Below are positions 12,105-23,241 of a stretch of DNA of 64,000 nucleotides, one piece after another. The stretch lies in NCBI GenBank assembly GCA_963693365.1, contig CAVNZM010000003.1, positions 6,207,448-6,271,447 of the forward strand, in the 5' to 3' direction. Under the pieces are notes generated by a model. That model did no database searches. It saw only the letters and a program-made list of their open reading frames with translations, and was not told the DNA's origin. The translations under genes and the position numbers were made by a program. The DNA is from Amoebidium appalachense (Eukaryota > Protista > Ichthyosporea). The number at the start of each line of letters is the position of its first letter. Positions within the stretch are counted from its first letter, which is position 1.

Positions 12105-12553
12105 GCTGGTCTCTGGCAATGGGCAGAAAAAAAACAGTGTTGCACCGTATCAGCCTGCAAAAACCCATACTAGCTGAAAATCGGTAAAGGCATTTTTTAT
12201 TTGGGGAAGAAGAAGAAGAAGGGGGGGGGGGGGGGGGGGGGGGATAGATGGAGGGGGGGGGGAAGGGAAGGGGGGGGGGGGTAGATGGGGGGGGGGGGAT
12301 AGATAGAGGGGGGGGGAGGTCACTCTTCATCGCTAAAGAAAGTGCCCACGTCCCTGGTGAAACGAGCTTTGATGGTATCCGGGTCTAGTGCCACCACTGG
12401 CTGCCTAACCATCGTATTGTAGCACAAGTACGTATAGCACAGCACAACCAGTGTGGCAATAGATGCTTCGGCGGCCAGAGGGTTCATTTTGGTTATCAGA
12501 ACAAAACATTTATTGTTTTTCTTTACAAGCCTTGGGCTATTAACCTCACAGTT

Positions 12554-13335
12554 TCAAATACCATCTATTTTCACAAATTTGGCAATGGAGCTCCGGAATC
12601 GGCCGTCCGCCCGAATGGACTGTGCAGGCCTGTTGCGGCGGCTTTTGGTTGTGGCTTCCTCTTCCCTGCGGGCGGGGGCAGCGGCGGCAGCGGGTGTGGC
12701 GGTGGTGGCAGTGGCAGGGCTTGCCGCCGCTGCAGGGCGCACGGGTTTGGCTCTTGGCTTTTGTCCCCGTTGCTCGCTTTGAGGCTGTGGCTGTGGGGTG
12801 TTGGTAGCGGTATGATCAGAACAAACTTGGATGTTGTCTGCAAGGTCATAGACGTGCCCGTTGAAGCTGATGGGAACACAGTTGTAGGGGGCTGAGTCGT
12901 ACACTCGTTGGGGGTGCGCACGGGCGTCTGACCGAAATTCCTCGATTGTCATGGGCCCTCCAAAACGTTGCAGCATCTGCATCGGCGGTGCTTCTCTGAC
13001 CCGCTGCAGCTTCTCCCCTGTCATCTTTTTGCACATGTATGCAAGCAGGTGTACACTCCTGGACCAGTCCCGGGTAGAATACTTGATGTACGCGGCTGCA
13101 CAGTTGAAGGAACAGAAGCATCCGGTTGTTTGAAACACCCCCCTCGCAGGCCCGTGGGGATGCCGACCGGGCTGCCGTCAAACGCATAAGTACAGTGCCA
13201 GCAATGAGATGCCGGCGGTGTCACGGTGACTATGGGTGCCCGGATATGGTCTGGATCGGGGAGTGGCCGTGGCCCGCGCCTAAATATGGGACCACCCACG
13301 CTGCCTATATACTTGTGCCTGTGTGTGAGATGCAT
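12554..13335 (-). CDS. VLTF2-like late transcription factor (MYM-type zinc finger), with a 1-bp frameshift at ~13140
   Basis: CWHCTYAFDGSPVGIP joins GCFCSFNCAAAY...APPMQMLQRFGGPMTIEEFR if one G is added to the G6 run; TATA-like TATATAAA upstream at ~13403-13410. Confidence 0.85.
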
Positions 13336-13451
13336 GACTGAGCTTCGGCCGGTACTGGTGTGCTGCAGAAAACAGACAGAACCAGCACGCCTCGAGGCGT
13401 GCTTTATATATTTTAGGCCACCGGCGCACACACAACGCCCCCTGGGCCGCT

Positions 13452-14606
13452 CTAGTCGGCCCACGCCCACGACTCGGAGCGCTCGGTGGCTCGCTCGCAC
13501 GCTTCGCACCGGTCATCGCCAGCGTCAACATGTTCGTTGTTCGCTGGTCCGAAGCCTTTTGCCGCTGCCGCAAAGACCCCGAGCCCTTTGGCCACAATGG
13601 GCGCTGCGGCAGAATACGGCATGGAAGCAGGCAGTACTTGGCTGATATATAAAGCGGCTGGCACGTTCCCGCTAAAAGCTGCCACTCCCAACATGGTCCC
13701 TGCAGCAACCATAGTCACGTCTCCTATTGTCATATTGCCCAATATCCTGCACCCCTGACCATATGTGGATTTCAGCGCGTCCTGTGCACCATTCATAAAC
13801 GATCCGGCCACTGGCGCAGTCGGGGCTGCCTCTGGATCCGAGACAGGGGCATGGGCGGGCGCCAGTGGTTCGGGGACAGACGGCAGCGGCTCTGGGCCAA
13901 ATGGCCGTGGCTCTGGGCCAAACGGCAGCGGCTCTGGGTTGGCGGGTTGTGGCTCTGGGCCAAATGGCAGCGACGGCAGCGGCTCTGGGCCTAATGGCTG
14001 TGGCTCCGGGCCAAACGGCAGCGGCTCTGGGCCGATGGGGCCTTCGGGTGCAGCGGGCGCCGGCACCACCGAGGCCACCGGGCCCGTTGGGGCACTTCCT
14101 GGCTGGGGGCCGCCCCCACCGTGGTCGCCTCCGGGGCCAACCCCGGGCCCGGTCATGGGTTGTGCGCCCTGGGAACCGCCAGACTTGCCCGTGAGCCAGC
14201 CAAGCAGGCGCCTCAGCAGGCCCCAGACAAGACTGATTATGTTGAACAGGTGGCCAAAGTACTGCAAAAGCATCAGCGCGAAAAACATGAGCACGCCTAG
14301 TATTGCATAGCACATTGGCCCGAGCGTGATGACACTGTGCAGTGTCACGAGACCCAGTTTGTTCAACATTAGGCAACTCCCAACCTTCTGTTGCAAAGCT
14401 TGCAGCAGCACCTGGCGTGGCATATACAGAGTGGGTATGCCACAACTGCGGGCCAGTCTCTGTAATGTGCGGAAACCACAGTAGGGAAGTTGTTTGCGGA
14501 ACAATTCCGCTCTCTCCGACTCACTCAAATCGCCAAAGTCGAGTGACCTCATCCTGGATCGTTGGGTACATTTACGGCGAAAAAAATCCAGGTTGCACAG
14601 CACCAT
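13452..14606 (-). CDS. Predicted membrane protein with PEP(L/Q)PFG repeats
   Basis: Hydrophobic segment ILGVLMFFALMLLQYFG; tandem 21-bp GPEPxPF repeats at ~13880-14035. Confidence 0.6.
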   Translation of the reverse strand: MVLCNLDFFRRKCTQRSRMRSLDFGDLSESERAELFRKQLPYCGFRTLQRLARSCGIPTLYMPRQVLLQALQQKVGSCLMLNKLGLVTLHSVITLGPMCYAILGVLMFFALMLLQYFGHLFNIISLVWGLLRRLLGWLTGKSGGSQGAQPMTGPGVGPGGDHGGGGPQPGSAPTGPVASVVPAPAAPEGPIGPEPLPFGPEPQPLGPEPLPSLPFGPEPQPANPEPLPFGPEPRPFGPEPLPSVPEPLAPAHAPVSDPEAAPTAPVAGSFMNGAQDALKSTYGQGCRILGNMTIGDVTMVAAGTMLGVAAFSGNVPAALYISQVLPASMPYSAAAPIVAKGLGVFAAAAKGFGPANNEHVDAGDDRCEACERATERSESWAWAD

Positions 14607-15384
14607 GTTCAGCCACTCCGCGCGACACCCTCGCCCCCCGGGCCGTCGTCGTGTCTGTAGGCAGTGGCAGCATGTCCAGCCGTAGTTGCACCACTGGGCG
14701 GCGGCGGGCACGTGGGGTCGTTGTCCACATCACCCCTGCAAGCTGCATGGGCCATCGCTTTCTGGTCGCCCCCTGCTTGGGGCCATAGGACTCTCCTGCT
14801 GCCGACTCACCGACCCCTCCCAGCCCACTGCTGGCATCCACTTCCATCTCCTCCCCCACAGCACGCATCAGCTGCAGGGGCCTGGGCTTCAGGTCGTGCG
14901 TATCCTTGGCCACCAGCTGCTCCCCGTCGCGTTCATACTCAACTGCGTGGATTGCCGGTCGTGCCATACCCCCCTTCAGCGTGCGCGGGTCCTTCACCCC
15001 CTGCAGCTTTGCCAGCCGCGGCCGCAGCACAAGCCGCAGGAACGTGTCCCAGTCTCCGGCACCCCCCTGCTCGTGCGCCCGGGCCAGCCCCGGGGTGAAC
15101 ACATACCCCCATGCCCGCTGTGGGCCTATAAACAACACCATCTTCCCCGTGTCCCTGAACCCGGCCACATGCAGCATGCTGCCCAGCGTAAAGGCCTTCC
15201 CGTCCCCGCAGGCAAACCAGTACACAGGCACGTCGGCAATAGCCTTCACGCGCTGCTTTGTCTCCCACACGTCCTCCGGGTAGTCGGGGGGGCGCCGTGG
15301 CATGAAAATTCCCCGGGCATCGTCCTTGCCACCCTGCACTAGGTCCAGCACCCCCGCTGGTATTACACGCGGCAGATGGTACAT
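14572..15384 (-). CDS. Hypothetical protein
   Basis: ATG 15384 MYHLPRVIP; protein-like composition; divergent from the gene at 15433. Confidence 0.55.
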   Translation of the reverse strand: MYHLPRVIPAGVLDLVQGGKDDARGIFMPRRPPDYPEDVWETKQRVKAIADVPVYWFACGDGKAFTLGSMLHVAGFRDTGKMVLFIGPQRAWGYVFTPGLARAHEQGGAGDWDTFLRLVLRPRLAKLQGVKDPRTLKGGMARPAIHAVEYERDGEQLVAKDTHDLKPRPLQLMRAVGEEMEVDASSGLGGVGESAAGESYGPKQGATRKRWPMQLAGVMWTTTPRARRRPVVQLRLDMLPLPTDTTTARGARVSRGVAEHGAVQPGFFSP

Positions 15385-15432
15385 TTTGTCAGACACACGC
15401 ACTCTTTTTCTGTGCCACATCTGACGCAACAC

Positions 15433-16121
15433 ATGCCTGACCACAACCCAGATACCGAGATCCCGCTCATGGCCGTGGTCCCCAAGCAGGTCCCCGCCGA
15501 GACAACCAATACCGCCGCCGCCGCCGTCTACAACAGCATCTGGTTCCTGGTAAGTGCACTCAACTCCGTGCCTGGCCGCGCCGCCCAGGACAAGGTGGAC
15601 ATAATGAAGTACGACAAGGGGGGCTGGCAGCAGCCCAGGCCTTGCTGGCACACACGGGCGCAAAGGAGGCGGCAAACAGAATCTGCAGTGCCACCAGCTA
15701 CGAAGGGGTCCTCTCGTGGCCAGCCGCTGCCCCCATCACCGCTTGGGTCAAAACACTCGTGCACGTGGATGTGCATGACACGAAAAACCTCATAGCCCAC
15801 ACCGACCCCGGCATCGTGACGGCCCTGCGGGCAGCCAAGGAGCACGGGTTTGTGGCAGTGCGGTGTACACGCAGCGCATGGGGCACGCAGGTGTTGCAGG
15901 CAAGGTGGTTTGTCCTCGGCCTGCACGTGCCCACGGGCACGGTGTATGTGATGGATCCCACGAGCCCGAAAAGGCTGACAACCACCACGGCATGCGCGGG
16001 CATGGTGCTGGGATACTACTATCGCCGGTACGAGATCGAAGGAGAGGCCTTTCTCCAGACAGCCATGCACAGCTTCCCCCAATCCCTTTGCGAGGAGGTG
16101 CAGCGGCTGGTTGGCTCCTGA
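15433..16121 (+). CDS. Hypothetical protein with a 1-bp frameshift in a G run at ~15620
   Basis: MPDHNP...YDKG joins LAAAQALLAHTGAKE with one extra G; WFVLGLHVPTGTVYVMDP weakly recalls Ulp1/papain-like strands. Confidence 0.55.
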
Positions 16122-16126
16122 GTAGA

Positions 16127-16432
16127 TCACCAAGCAAACTCCGACGGGCCAGGTGCAGCCCACCCCAGCATCCACATGCCAAGTGCCGCCACGAGCGCTC
16201 CTGCTGCAACCACCGCCAGCCTGGCAGGCCAGGGCATGGGCCTGTCTTTGTACCACGTGTTCGAAACAAGCGCCAACAGCCCGAGCCCCGTGGCAAAGGC
16301 CAGCCCGGCACTCGCGGCAAGCCAGGGTGACAGGAATACACCCCACCAGCCCTCGACACCCGGTGTACCCACTTCTCCGGCAGGGGTGCCTAGTGGGGAT
16401 GCCATGTCGCTGGACAAAAAGTCGTCCTCCAT
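16127..16432 (-). CDS. Small two-TM membrane protein
   Basis: Two hydrophobic helices separated by NTWYKDRPMPWP. Confidence 0.6.
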   Translation of the reverse strand: MEDDFLSSDMASPLGTPAGEVGTPGVEGWWGVFLSPWLAASAGLAFATGLGLLALVSNTWYKDRPMPWPARLAVVAAGALVAALGMWMLGWAAPGPSEFAW

Positions 16433-16524
16433 TGTTTCTCCGTGTTGTCATGGGCACAATAAAAAAAGGCCACCGGACTCCTCCTCGGTGCGAAAGCGTG
16501 TGTGTGTGTGTGTTGTGTGGGTGT

Positions 16525-17724
16525 CTAAGGGTGCACGGGCTTGTACACCCCCCTGCGTCTCGAACCGTTGGCGATGGGCACCAAGCTCCAGCGGCGCACG
16601 TGGCCGGCCCCCGCTTTAGCTGGTTTTCTTGTGGCCTTGGTCCCGCTCCAAATATTGTTGCGCAAACGGTCTAGTTCTCTTTCGACTGTCAAATACTTGT
16701 TTCTCGTGTCTGTGTATTTGTTTTCGATGTCCATGTATTTGTTTTCGATGTCTGTGTATTTGTTTTCAATGGCTGTGTATTTGTTTTCAATGTCCGTGTA
16801 TTTGTTTCCGATGCCCGCAACTGCTTCCTGGTAATGGACCATTGCAGCGTCGTTCTTCAATTGCCGACCCCTAAACTCCGCGAGTGTGCGTTACACATCC
16901 CTCTCAAAGGTGTCCTGCATTTTGGCCACGTCGGTTACGGCGGCTTCCAGAGTGTCGGCTTGTTTGTTCAATTCTAACCGAGTCTCTTCTTGGAGTCTTT
17001 GTTTATTGTCCTCTATGTGGCCTTTCAACACATCCATCCGACTATCGGTTTCCACTCGAAACCGTTGAAGGTAGTCCTGCATTTTGGCCACGTCGGTTAC
17101 GGCGGTTTCCAGCGTGTTGGCTTGTTTGTTCAATTCTAACCGAGTCTCTTCTCGGAGACTTGCTTCATAGTCCTTTATGTGGCCGTTCAACACATCCATC
17201 CGACTATCGGTTTCCACTCGAAACCGTTGAAGGTAGTCCTGCACCATAGTTTCCATTTCTGTTCTTATATTGCCACCTCCGGCTACATAGGGATTGTCTA
17301 GTAGTCTCCCTAGTTCCCCCTTCACACCTTCCACGTTCTTTTGCACGCCATCGAGCCTGTCAATGTATTCTCGCATATCATCTCGCAGGGCCCCCATATT
17401 TGCGTCCTGGGTAGCCAGAGAATCGGCTTGTACGTTGGCAATCGTTTGTTCCAGTCCAGTGATTCGGCCCTTCACTTTATCCAGCCAGCCACCGTATTGC
17501 ACGTCCAGTGCATCGACCTTGTTTTTTAAAGCATCCAGGTCATTGCTTACATTATTGCGCATGTTTTCGGCATACAGCTTAATGTCCTCTAGCCGTTGCA
17601 TATCCGATGCCGGGGGTTTCTGCCTTTTCTGGCCCGACCACAGCATGTACACGCCACCGGTGCACAACAAAGATATAAACACAACCAGCACTGCCAGTGT
17701 GGGTGTATCTAGCGTGCCCAACAT
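16525..17724 (-). pseudogene. N-terminal TM plus coiled-coil protein with one in-frame TAA
   Basis: The two ORF-track pieces are one frame: ...FERDV*RTLAEFRGRQLKND...; internal 141-bp duplication and (NKYTDIE)n heptads. Confidence 0.7.
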
Positions 17725-17792
17725 TTGGAATCATGTCTTACAGAACAAATTTGTGCAACGCCCACGCACATGGGAGGCTATTTAAGTCTGGG

Positions 17793-17876
<84 letters not shown>

Positions 17877-17893
17877 CTCTCTCCCGAGATACA

Positions 17894-18972
17894 TCAGTGA
17901 AAGCACCGGGGGATGGGCTGGGTCCTGACAAACTCCCAACTATTGATCTTGCAGATGGCTTCCCATGCCTTGTCGTGCTCGGCACCTTCTCCCTGCTCCT
18001 GAGCCCAGGTATCAGCGCCGTGTAGTCCTTGAGGTCTGCCATCTCGAACAGCTTGAAGAGCACATAGTTGAGGTTCAAGAAATTGAGTCGCTGGGTGTTG
18101 GCATCCATGAACGCACGGAACGTGTCGTTGAACAGCCGTCTGATGGTCACCTCCTGGTCATGGGTAAGCTTGGGCACGCTGCACTGCAGAGCCTTCTCGC
18201 ATATCTGGGGGATGTGACGGTAAAAGCGGGACATACGGTGGGTCTTGAGGCAACGCCGCACCTTCCCATACAGCATGAGGTCTGCACGGCTGCGGGACAT
18301 GTCACCCACATCCCGGGCCACCACCTCAAGTACGTTGCGCGGGACCACCAGTGTCTCCTTGGCCTGCAGGCAGGCAAGGCTCTCGATGAAGTGGTTCTGA
18401 ACCAAATATGGCTGGTTGCGCCGCACGGTGACGTGGTCGCAATACTCGGGTGGGTGGGTGCGCTGCCTTGTCCACTCGTCCACTTGCTCTGGCGTGGGGC
18501 CCTCCTCCTCTGCACCCCCCTTGGGCTCTTCGGTGGACAGATGGGTGTCTGGGGCAGTGTGGCGTGCACGCCTACGCATGGGTGAGTCAGGGTTGTCGGG
18601 GGGCTCGTAGCTGCCCTGGGAGTCGGCATCGCTGTGCTCCTCCTCGGCCTCTGAAGCCTCGGGTGTCACCTCCTGGAACCTGAAGGCTGGCCGGGTGTGT
18701 GCACTGGTGACGCTGACCGGGACAAACCCCAGCTCTTCGTGGTAGCACATGGGCTCGTTGTCGCAGTAGTGCTTGGCCAAGTGGGGCAGGAGGTCAAGCA
18801 AAAAGTCCTGGTTTTCAGACTGGGCACCCTCGATGTGTTGCAGGACATAGTCTTCCAAACACACAAACTTCTCTCTGTACTTGTGTGCCGGGTCACGGCC
18901 TTTGGTACCATATCTCTGTCGTGTTCTTCTCTTGCCCACGCGACCGGCGGGCAGGCGAGCGACTGTGGCCAT
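17894..18972 (-). CDS. VLTF3-like late transcription factor, with a 1-bp frameshift near the C-terminus
   Basis: YLVQNHFIESLACLQAKE...FYRHIPQI...RLNFLNLNYVLFKLFEM...LRSREK; the conserved tail EHDKAWEAICKINSWEFVRT is in the adjacent frame after ~17983. Confidence 0.9.
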
Positions 18973-19123
18973 TGTTTTTGGGCAAACACAGTCACCACAC
19001 ACACTGACACAAAAAACATCGGCACGCTCCTTTTATTCTCAGTCTGAACAGCAATACAGATCAACTGGCACAGCCAGCGCCAATTTGGCCCCCATGACAA
19101 CACAGCCCACCCCCGCCCACCAA

Positions 19124-20543
19124 TCAGGACGAGGTTTCATCCCCAATGATGGGCATGACATCGTCCTGGTGGGCCTCCTCCACGGCCATGGGCACGGGCT
19201 CGTCGGGCTCTCCGGGGACCACCAGGCTGGTGATAAAGTAGCCGCCCTGGCCGGCAGGGCTCGCGCGCAGGAAGCGCACCTGCTTGACGTAGAGACGGGT
19301 GCGGAATATGTCCCTCTGTGCGTCATAGTAGATGTCTGCAAACTCGATCACCAGCCTGGCATAGGGGCGCCGGGCAATGGTGCCCTCCAGCACCGAATGA
19401 GGGTCAGTACTACTGGGGGGGGGGGGAAGGAAAGGAAGGGAAGGGGGAAAGGGAAGGAAGGGAGGGGGGGGGAGGGGAATGGGTAAAGGGAAGGAAGGGA
19501 AGGGGGGGGGGAGGGAATGGGTAAAGGGAAGGAAGGGATGGGGGGGGGGGAGGAAGGAAAGGAAGGGGAGGGGGGGGATAGAGAAGGGGGGATTGATAAA
19601 GGGAAGGGAAGGGAAGGGGGGGGGGGGGGGGGGGGGAGGGGAAGGGGAAAGGGAAGGAAGGGAGGGGGGGGGGGGGGAAGGGGAAGGGGAAAGGGAAAGA
19701 AGGGATGGGGGGGGGGGGGGGGGGAGGGGAAGGAAGGAAAGGAAGGGAAGGGGGGGGGGGAGGGGAAGGAAGGAAAGGAAGGGAAGGGGGGGGGGGGGGG
19801 GGGATAGAGAAGGGGGGGGGGGGAGGGGAAGGGGGAAAGGAAAGGAAGGGAAGGGGGGGATAGAGAAGGGGGGGGGGGGAAGGGGAAGGGGGAAAGGGAA
19901 GGAAGGGAAGGGGAGGGGGTGGGGGGGGAAGGGAAGGAAGGGAAGGGGGGGGGGGGGGACCTGGTCCATGTCGACGATCCTCTGGCCCTCGGGGGTGAAG
20001 AAAGGCACACTCTCCACCGAGTCTGGCATCTTGAGCTTGAGGATGGAGTACTCGACGCGCACGGCAGAGCTGAACTTGTCCTCCTGTAGCGTCTCAAACG
20101 TCGGCACCTTGGTCTTGAGGGGAAACAGTGCCGTGTAGCGCTCAAGCACCGTGTTGAGGGCCAGCTTCTCCAAATTTTCCAGCAGGGACACAAACCCACA
20201 CACCTCTCCGTCTCCACGGGTGGACATGTCCAGGTGTGTCCATCGGTTCTGCCAGCTTGTCTTGCCCACCACACGCAGCGCAGGAGTGATGACCCGAAGG
20301 GCCACTTGCTGCCCACGAACAACCACCCTCATGGGCAGGGAGAAGTTCTTGGGGTTGGCCAACGACCCTTGCTTGGGGCGGATAGGCTGAGAGGGGATTG
20401 GAGGGGTGTTAGTCTTAATCAGACGGCGGTATCGTTTAATAAACACCAAAAACGGGAACACACAAGGGAGAGGGGGGGGGGAGCAGGGACAAAAGTTTTT
20501 ATGTGTGGGTGTGTGGGTGGTGCCATCAAATGAACGTCGAATC

Positions 20544-20591
<48 letters not shown>

Positions 20592-20777
20592 ATAACACAC
20601 ACACCATAACACACACACCATAACACACACACAAGTACTCACCTGTGCAAACTTGACGTCGTCATTCTCTGTGTCGACCGTCTTCCAATCGACGATGTTG
20701 AAGTCCTCGTTGATGACGGTAATCATCCTGATGCTTCTCGAAGGCAACGGCTTGCTGTTCTGACTGTTTCCCACCAT
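19124..20777 (-). CDS. NCLDV-type single-stranded DNA-binding protein (T7 gp2.5-like OB fold, DUF2738-like), 3 exons
   Basis: Intron 20642-20387 in frame; second C/T-rich intron from 19960 (acceptor ~19390-19413); motifs LRVITP, FVSLLENLE, LKLKM, LVIEFADIYY, LYVKQV; acidic tail. Confidence 0.65.
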
Positions 20778-20884
20778 GTGTCCGCCTTATATACACACCG
20801 CCACAGCCTGCACAACGGCTTTGGGGGCGTTCTGTTGGCAATGGGCGCACACACACCACCACTTTTTTTGGTGCACAGGTAAAC

Positions 20885-21220
20885 ATGGCTGCCCCGGGCC
20901 TCCCACAGCAACGACCCAGTGCACCCGAGGCCTCCGTCCTGCGGCCCCTTCCCAACGTCCCCCCCATCCAGACCCTCCCTATTACAGGGCAGGCCAGGAA
21001 CCGGCCACCCACACTGGTCATCGACATGCGGTCATCTACGCTGCTGCGCCCCAGGATCGCTCCTATGGCCGTTGTCAACCGCGCACGTGCCGCCCGTTTG
21101 GGCCTTGAGCGTAAGATCGTGGCTGCGTTTGCCAACGCCCATCCGGGCGTTCAGGGGCCAACTGGAGTGGCCACGGCAGTAGCAGAGGCGCGCATGCGCA
21201 TATACCTGCGCATGGCGTGA
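20885..21220 (+). CDS. Small hypothetical protein
   Basis: ATG-initiated 111-aa ORF divergent from the SSB gene. Confidence 0.5.
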   Translation: MAAPGLPQQRPSAPEASVLRPLPNVPPIQTLPITGQARNRPPTLVIDMRSSTLLRPRIAPMAVVNRARAARLGLERKIVAAFANAHPGVQGPTGVATAVAEARMRIYLRMA

Positions 21221-21596
21221 GCTGAACGCAGCCTGGGGCTGTGAGGCAAAAACTGGCCAAATAGCAGCTATTTTGGTATGGCGCGGAAATAATTTGGCCT
21301 AAAAGTTAACATTCAAAATGCCTAAAAAGTCGCGATCACGCACAAAGCGCTCTGGTCTGGGCTATCTGGTGCCGCTGCTCTCACGCCCCAAACGCAAACG
21401 CAGCAAGAAGAGACGCTAAAATGCCAGCGTCCTGATGGCCCTTGCACGCCACATTCACACCTGCAAGCGCGCCCGTATATATGCACCCCCCCCCCCCCAC
21501 ACACACACCCACACACATTCATCAAAAATGGAGACCACCATGTGTCTCTCCCCCTGTAGGCCACGGAATGCTGCCATCCCCCACCTTCTTGGTGTA

Positions 21597-22346
21597 ATGG
21601 CACCGCTCCTGCTGAGCGAGGTGCCCCTCCACCACAAGGTGCAGGCCATCGTGCAGCGACAGGCTGGCTTGTCGAGTGAACAGGGGACCGAGGAGTGGCT
21701 CAAACAACGCAAAATCCACTTGACAGCATCCGATGTGGGCTCTGTAATCGGTGACAACAAGTACTGCAGCAGCAAAAAGGCATTCGAGCTGAAGGTGGGA
21801 CTGCGTACCAACGACTATGGTGTGTTCACCCAACACGGCCACAAGTTTGAGCCTGTGTGCGCAGCACGCTACGCACAGGAAACTGGCAGGGCACTGCTGT
21901 CTTTTGGCCTATGCAAGCACCCCACAATCGACTTTCTGGCAGGGTCTCCCGACCGTGTCACCACGTGTGGCCGCCTGGTTGAAGTGAAGTGTCCCGTAAC
22001 ACGGCCAATAACCGGCGAGGTGCCCCCTCAATACTTTGCACAAGTGCAGGTGCTGATGGAGGTGCTTGATCTCGAGGTATGCGACTATGTCGACTACAAG
22101 CCACAGACGTGTGCACAGGACGAGCAGATGGTGATTGTCGAAGTGAAGAGAGACCGCGAATGGTTTGCAAGAAAGCTGCCCCTGATGGAGAGATTCTGGA
22201 ACAAGGTGTTGGCCTGGCGCCGGGAGCACGGTGAGGCACCAGCCCAGGAGAAGGCCCCGACTGAATCGGGAGAGACGGACAGGAAACGCCCACGCACATC
22301 CAACGAATCCGACGAGCTGCTTGCCATATGTGTGATACCAGAATGA
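21597..22346 (+). CDS. YqaJ-like viral recombinase / lambda-exonuclease family
   Basis: QGTEEWLKQR, LTASD, HGHKFEP, LAGSPD, LVEVKCP, YFAQVQVLMEV motifs. Confidence 0.92.
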   Translation: MAPLLLSEVPLHHKVQAIVQRQAGLSSEQGTEEWLKQRKIHLTASDVGSVIGDNKYCSSKKAFELKVGLRTNDYGVFTQHGHKFEPVCAARYAQETGRALLSFGLCKHPTIDFLAGSPDRVTTCGRLVEVKCPVTRPITGEVPPQYFAQVQVLMEVLDLEVCDYVDYKPQTCAQDEQMVIVEVKRDREWFARKLPLMERFWNKVLAWRREHGEAPAQEKAPTESGETDRKRPRTSNESDELLAICVIPE

Positions 22347-22483
22347 ACAAGGATTACTGATACCGTCTAGCGTGACATCTGTACTGTATCACAACAATAA
22401 ACATCACTATACGTGGCCATCAAGTGCTCAGAGTCATGTGCAAAGTAGAAACCTCTTATTTGATGATGGGGGGGGGGGGCCAC

Positions 22484-22549
<66 letters not shown>

Positions 22550-22676
22550 ACGCACACACACACACACACACGTGGTCACCGTGGATTCAGATAGCTCTCC
22601 CTCTGAATCCCAGTCAAACAACGGCACTGCCAAATATTATGTTGCCCATTGCAACACAACAACCCGTGGTACACAA

Positions 22677-22997
22677 ATGGCAGGCAAAAGAAACATCTTC
22701 ACTGAACCCCGTGCACACCGTGCACAAAGCGCTCCTATTTTGACCCCCACTCCCGTCACTGTGACGGAGCCACAGGCACCCCCTGCCACCACCCCTGAAC
22801 CAGAGACACCGTCGGTGGTCCAGCCTGAGGTTGGCCAGGCATCCGACGATGGCTCCTCCCTACCCACTCAGCACAACTCCGAGTCGGCGGCAGCGTCACC
22901 TGTACCTCCGATGGATGCCACCACACCGCACAACCGTGTGCCCATTTCGGTTATTTTAGATTTGCTGGATGGCAGGCAGCCATCACTGCTTGCGTGA
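22677..22997 (+). CDS. Pro/Thr-rich hypothetical protein or terminal exon
   Basis: Open frame following a (CA)n tract. Confidence 0.35.
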   Translation: MAGKRNIFTEPRAHRAQSAPILTPTPVTVTEPQAPPATTPEPETPSVVQPEVGQASDDGSSLPTQHNSESAAASPVPPMDATTPHNRVPISVILDLLDGRQPSLLA

Positions 22998-23241
22998 AGG
23001 GCGACAGCCAGTGCCACTGCCAGATTGGGGCCAGGGCAGCCCCCTGCCAGGCAGTGTGTGCATTCTCCCAGCACCAGTGCACAGTACACCGCTTTCACAA
23101 ACAGTCCCAAGGGACACACGAGGCTGGGAGGGGGCGCCAGCAGCAAAAAATAAACCACCACACAGGTACACAGGGACAAGTCTCGGCTCATTGTGCCAGT
23201 GTATACAGCGTATACCAGGTACACCACTTTTATTTTTGGGT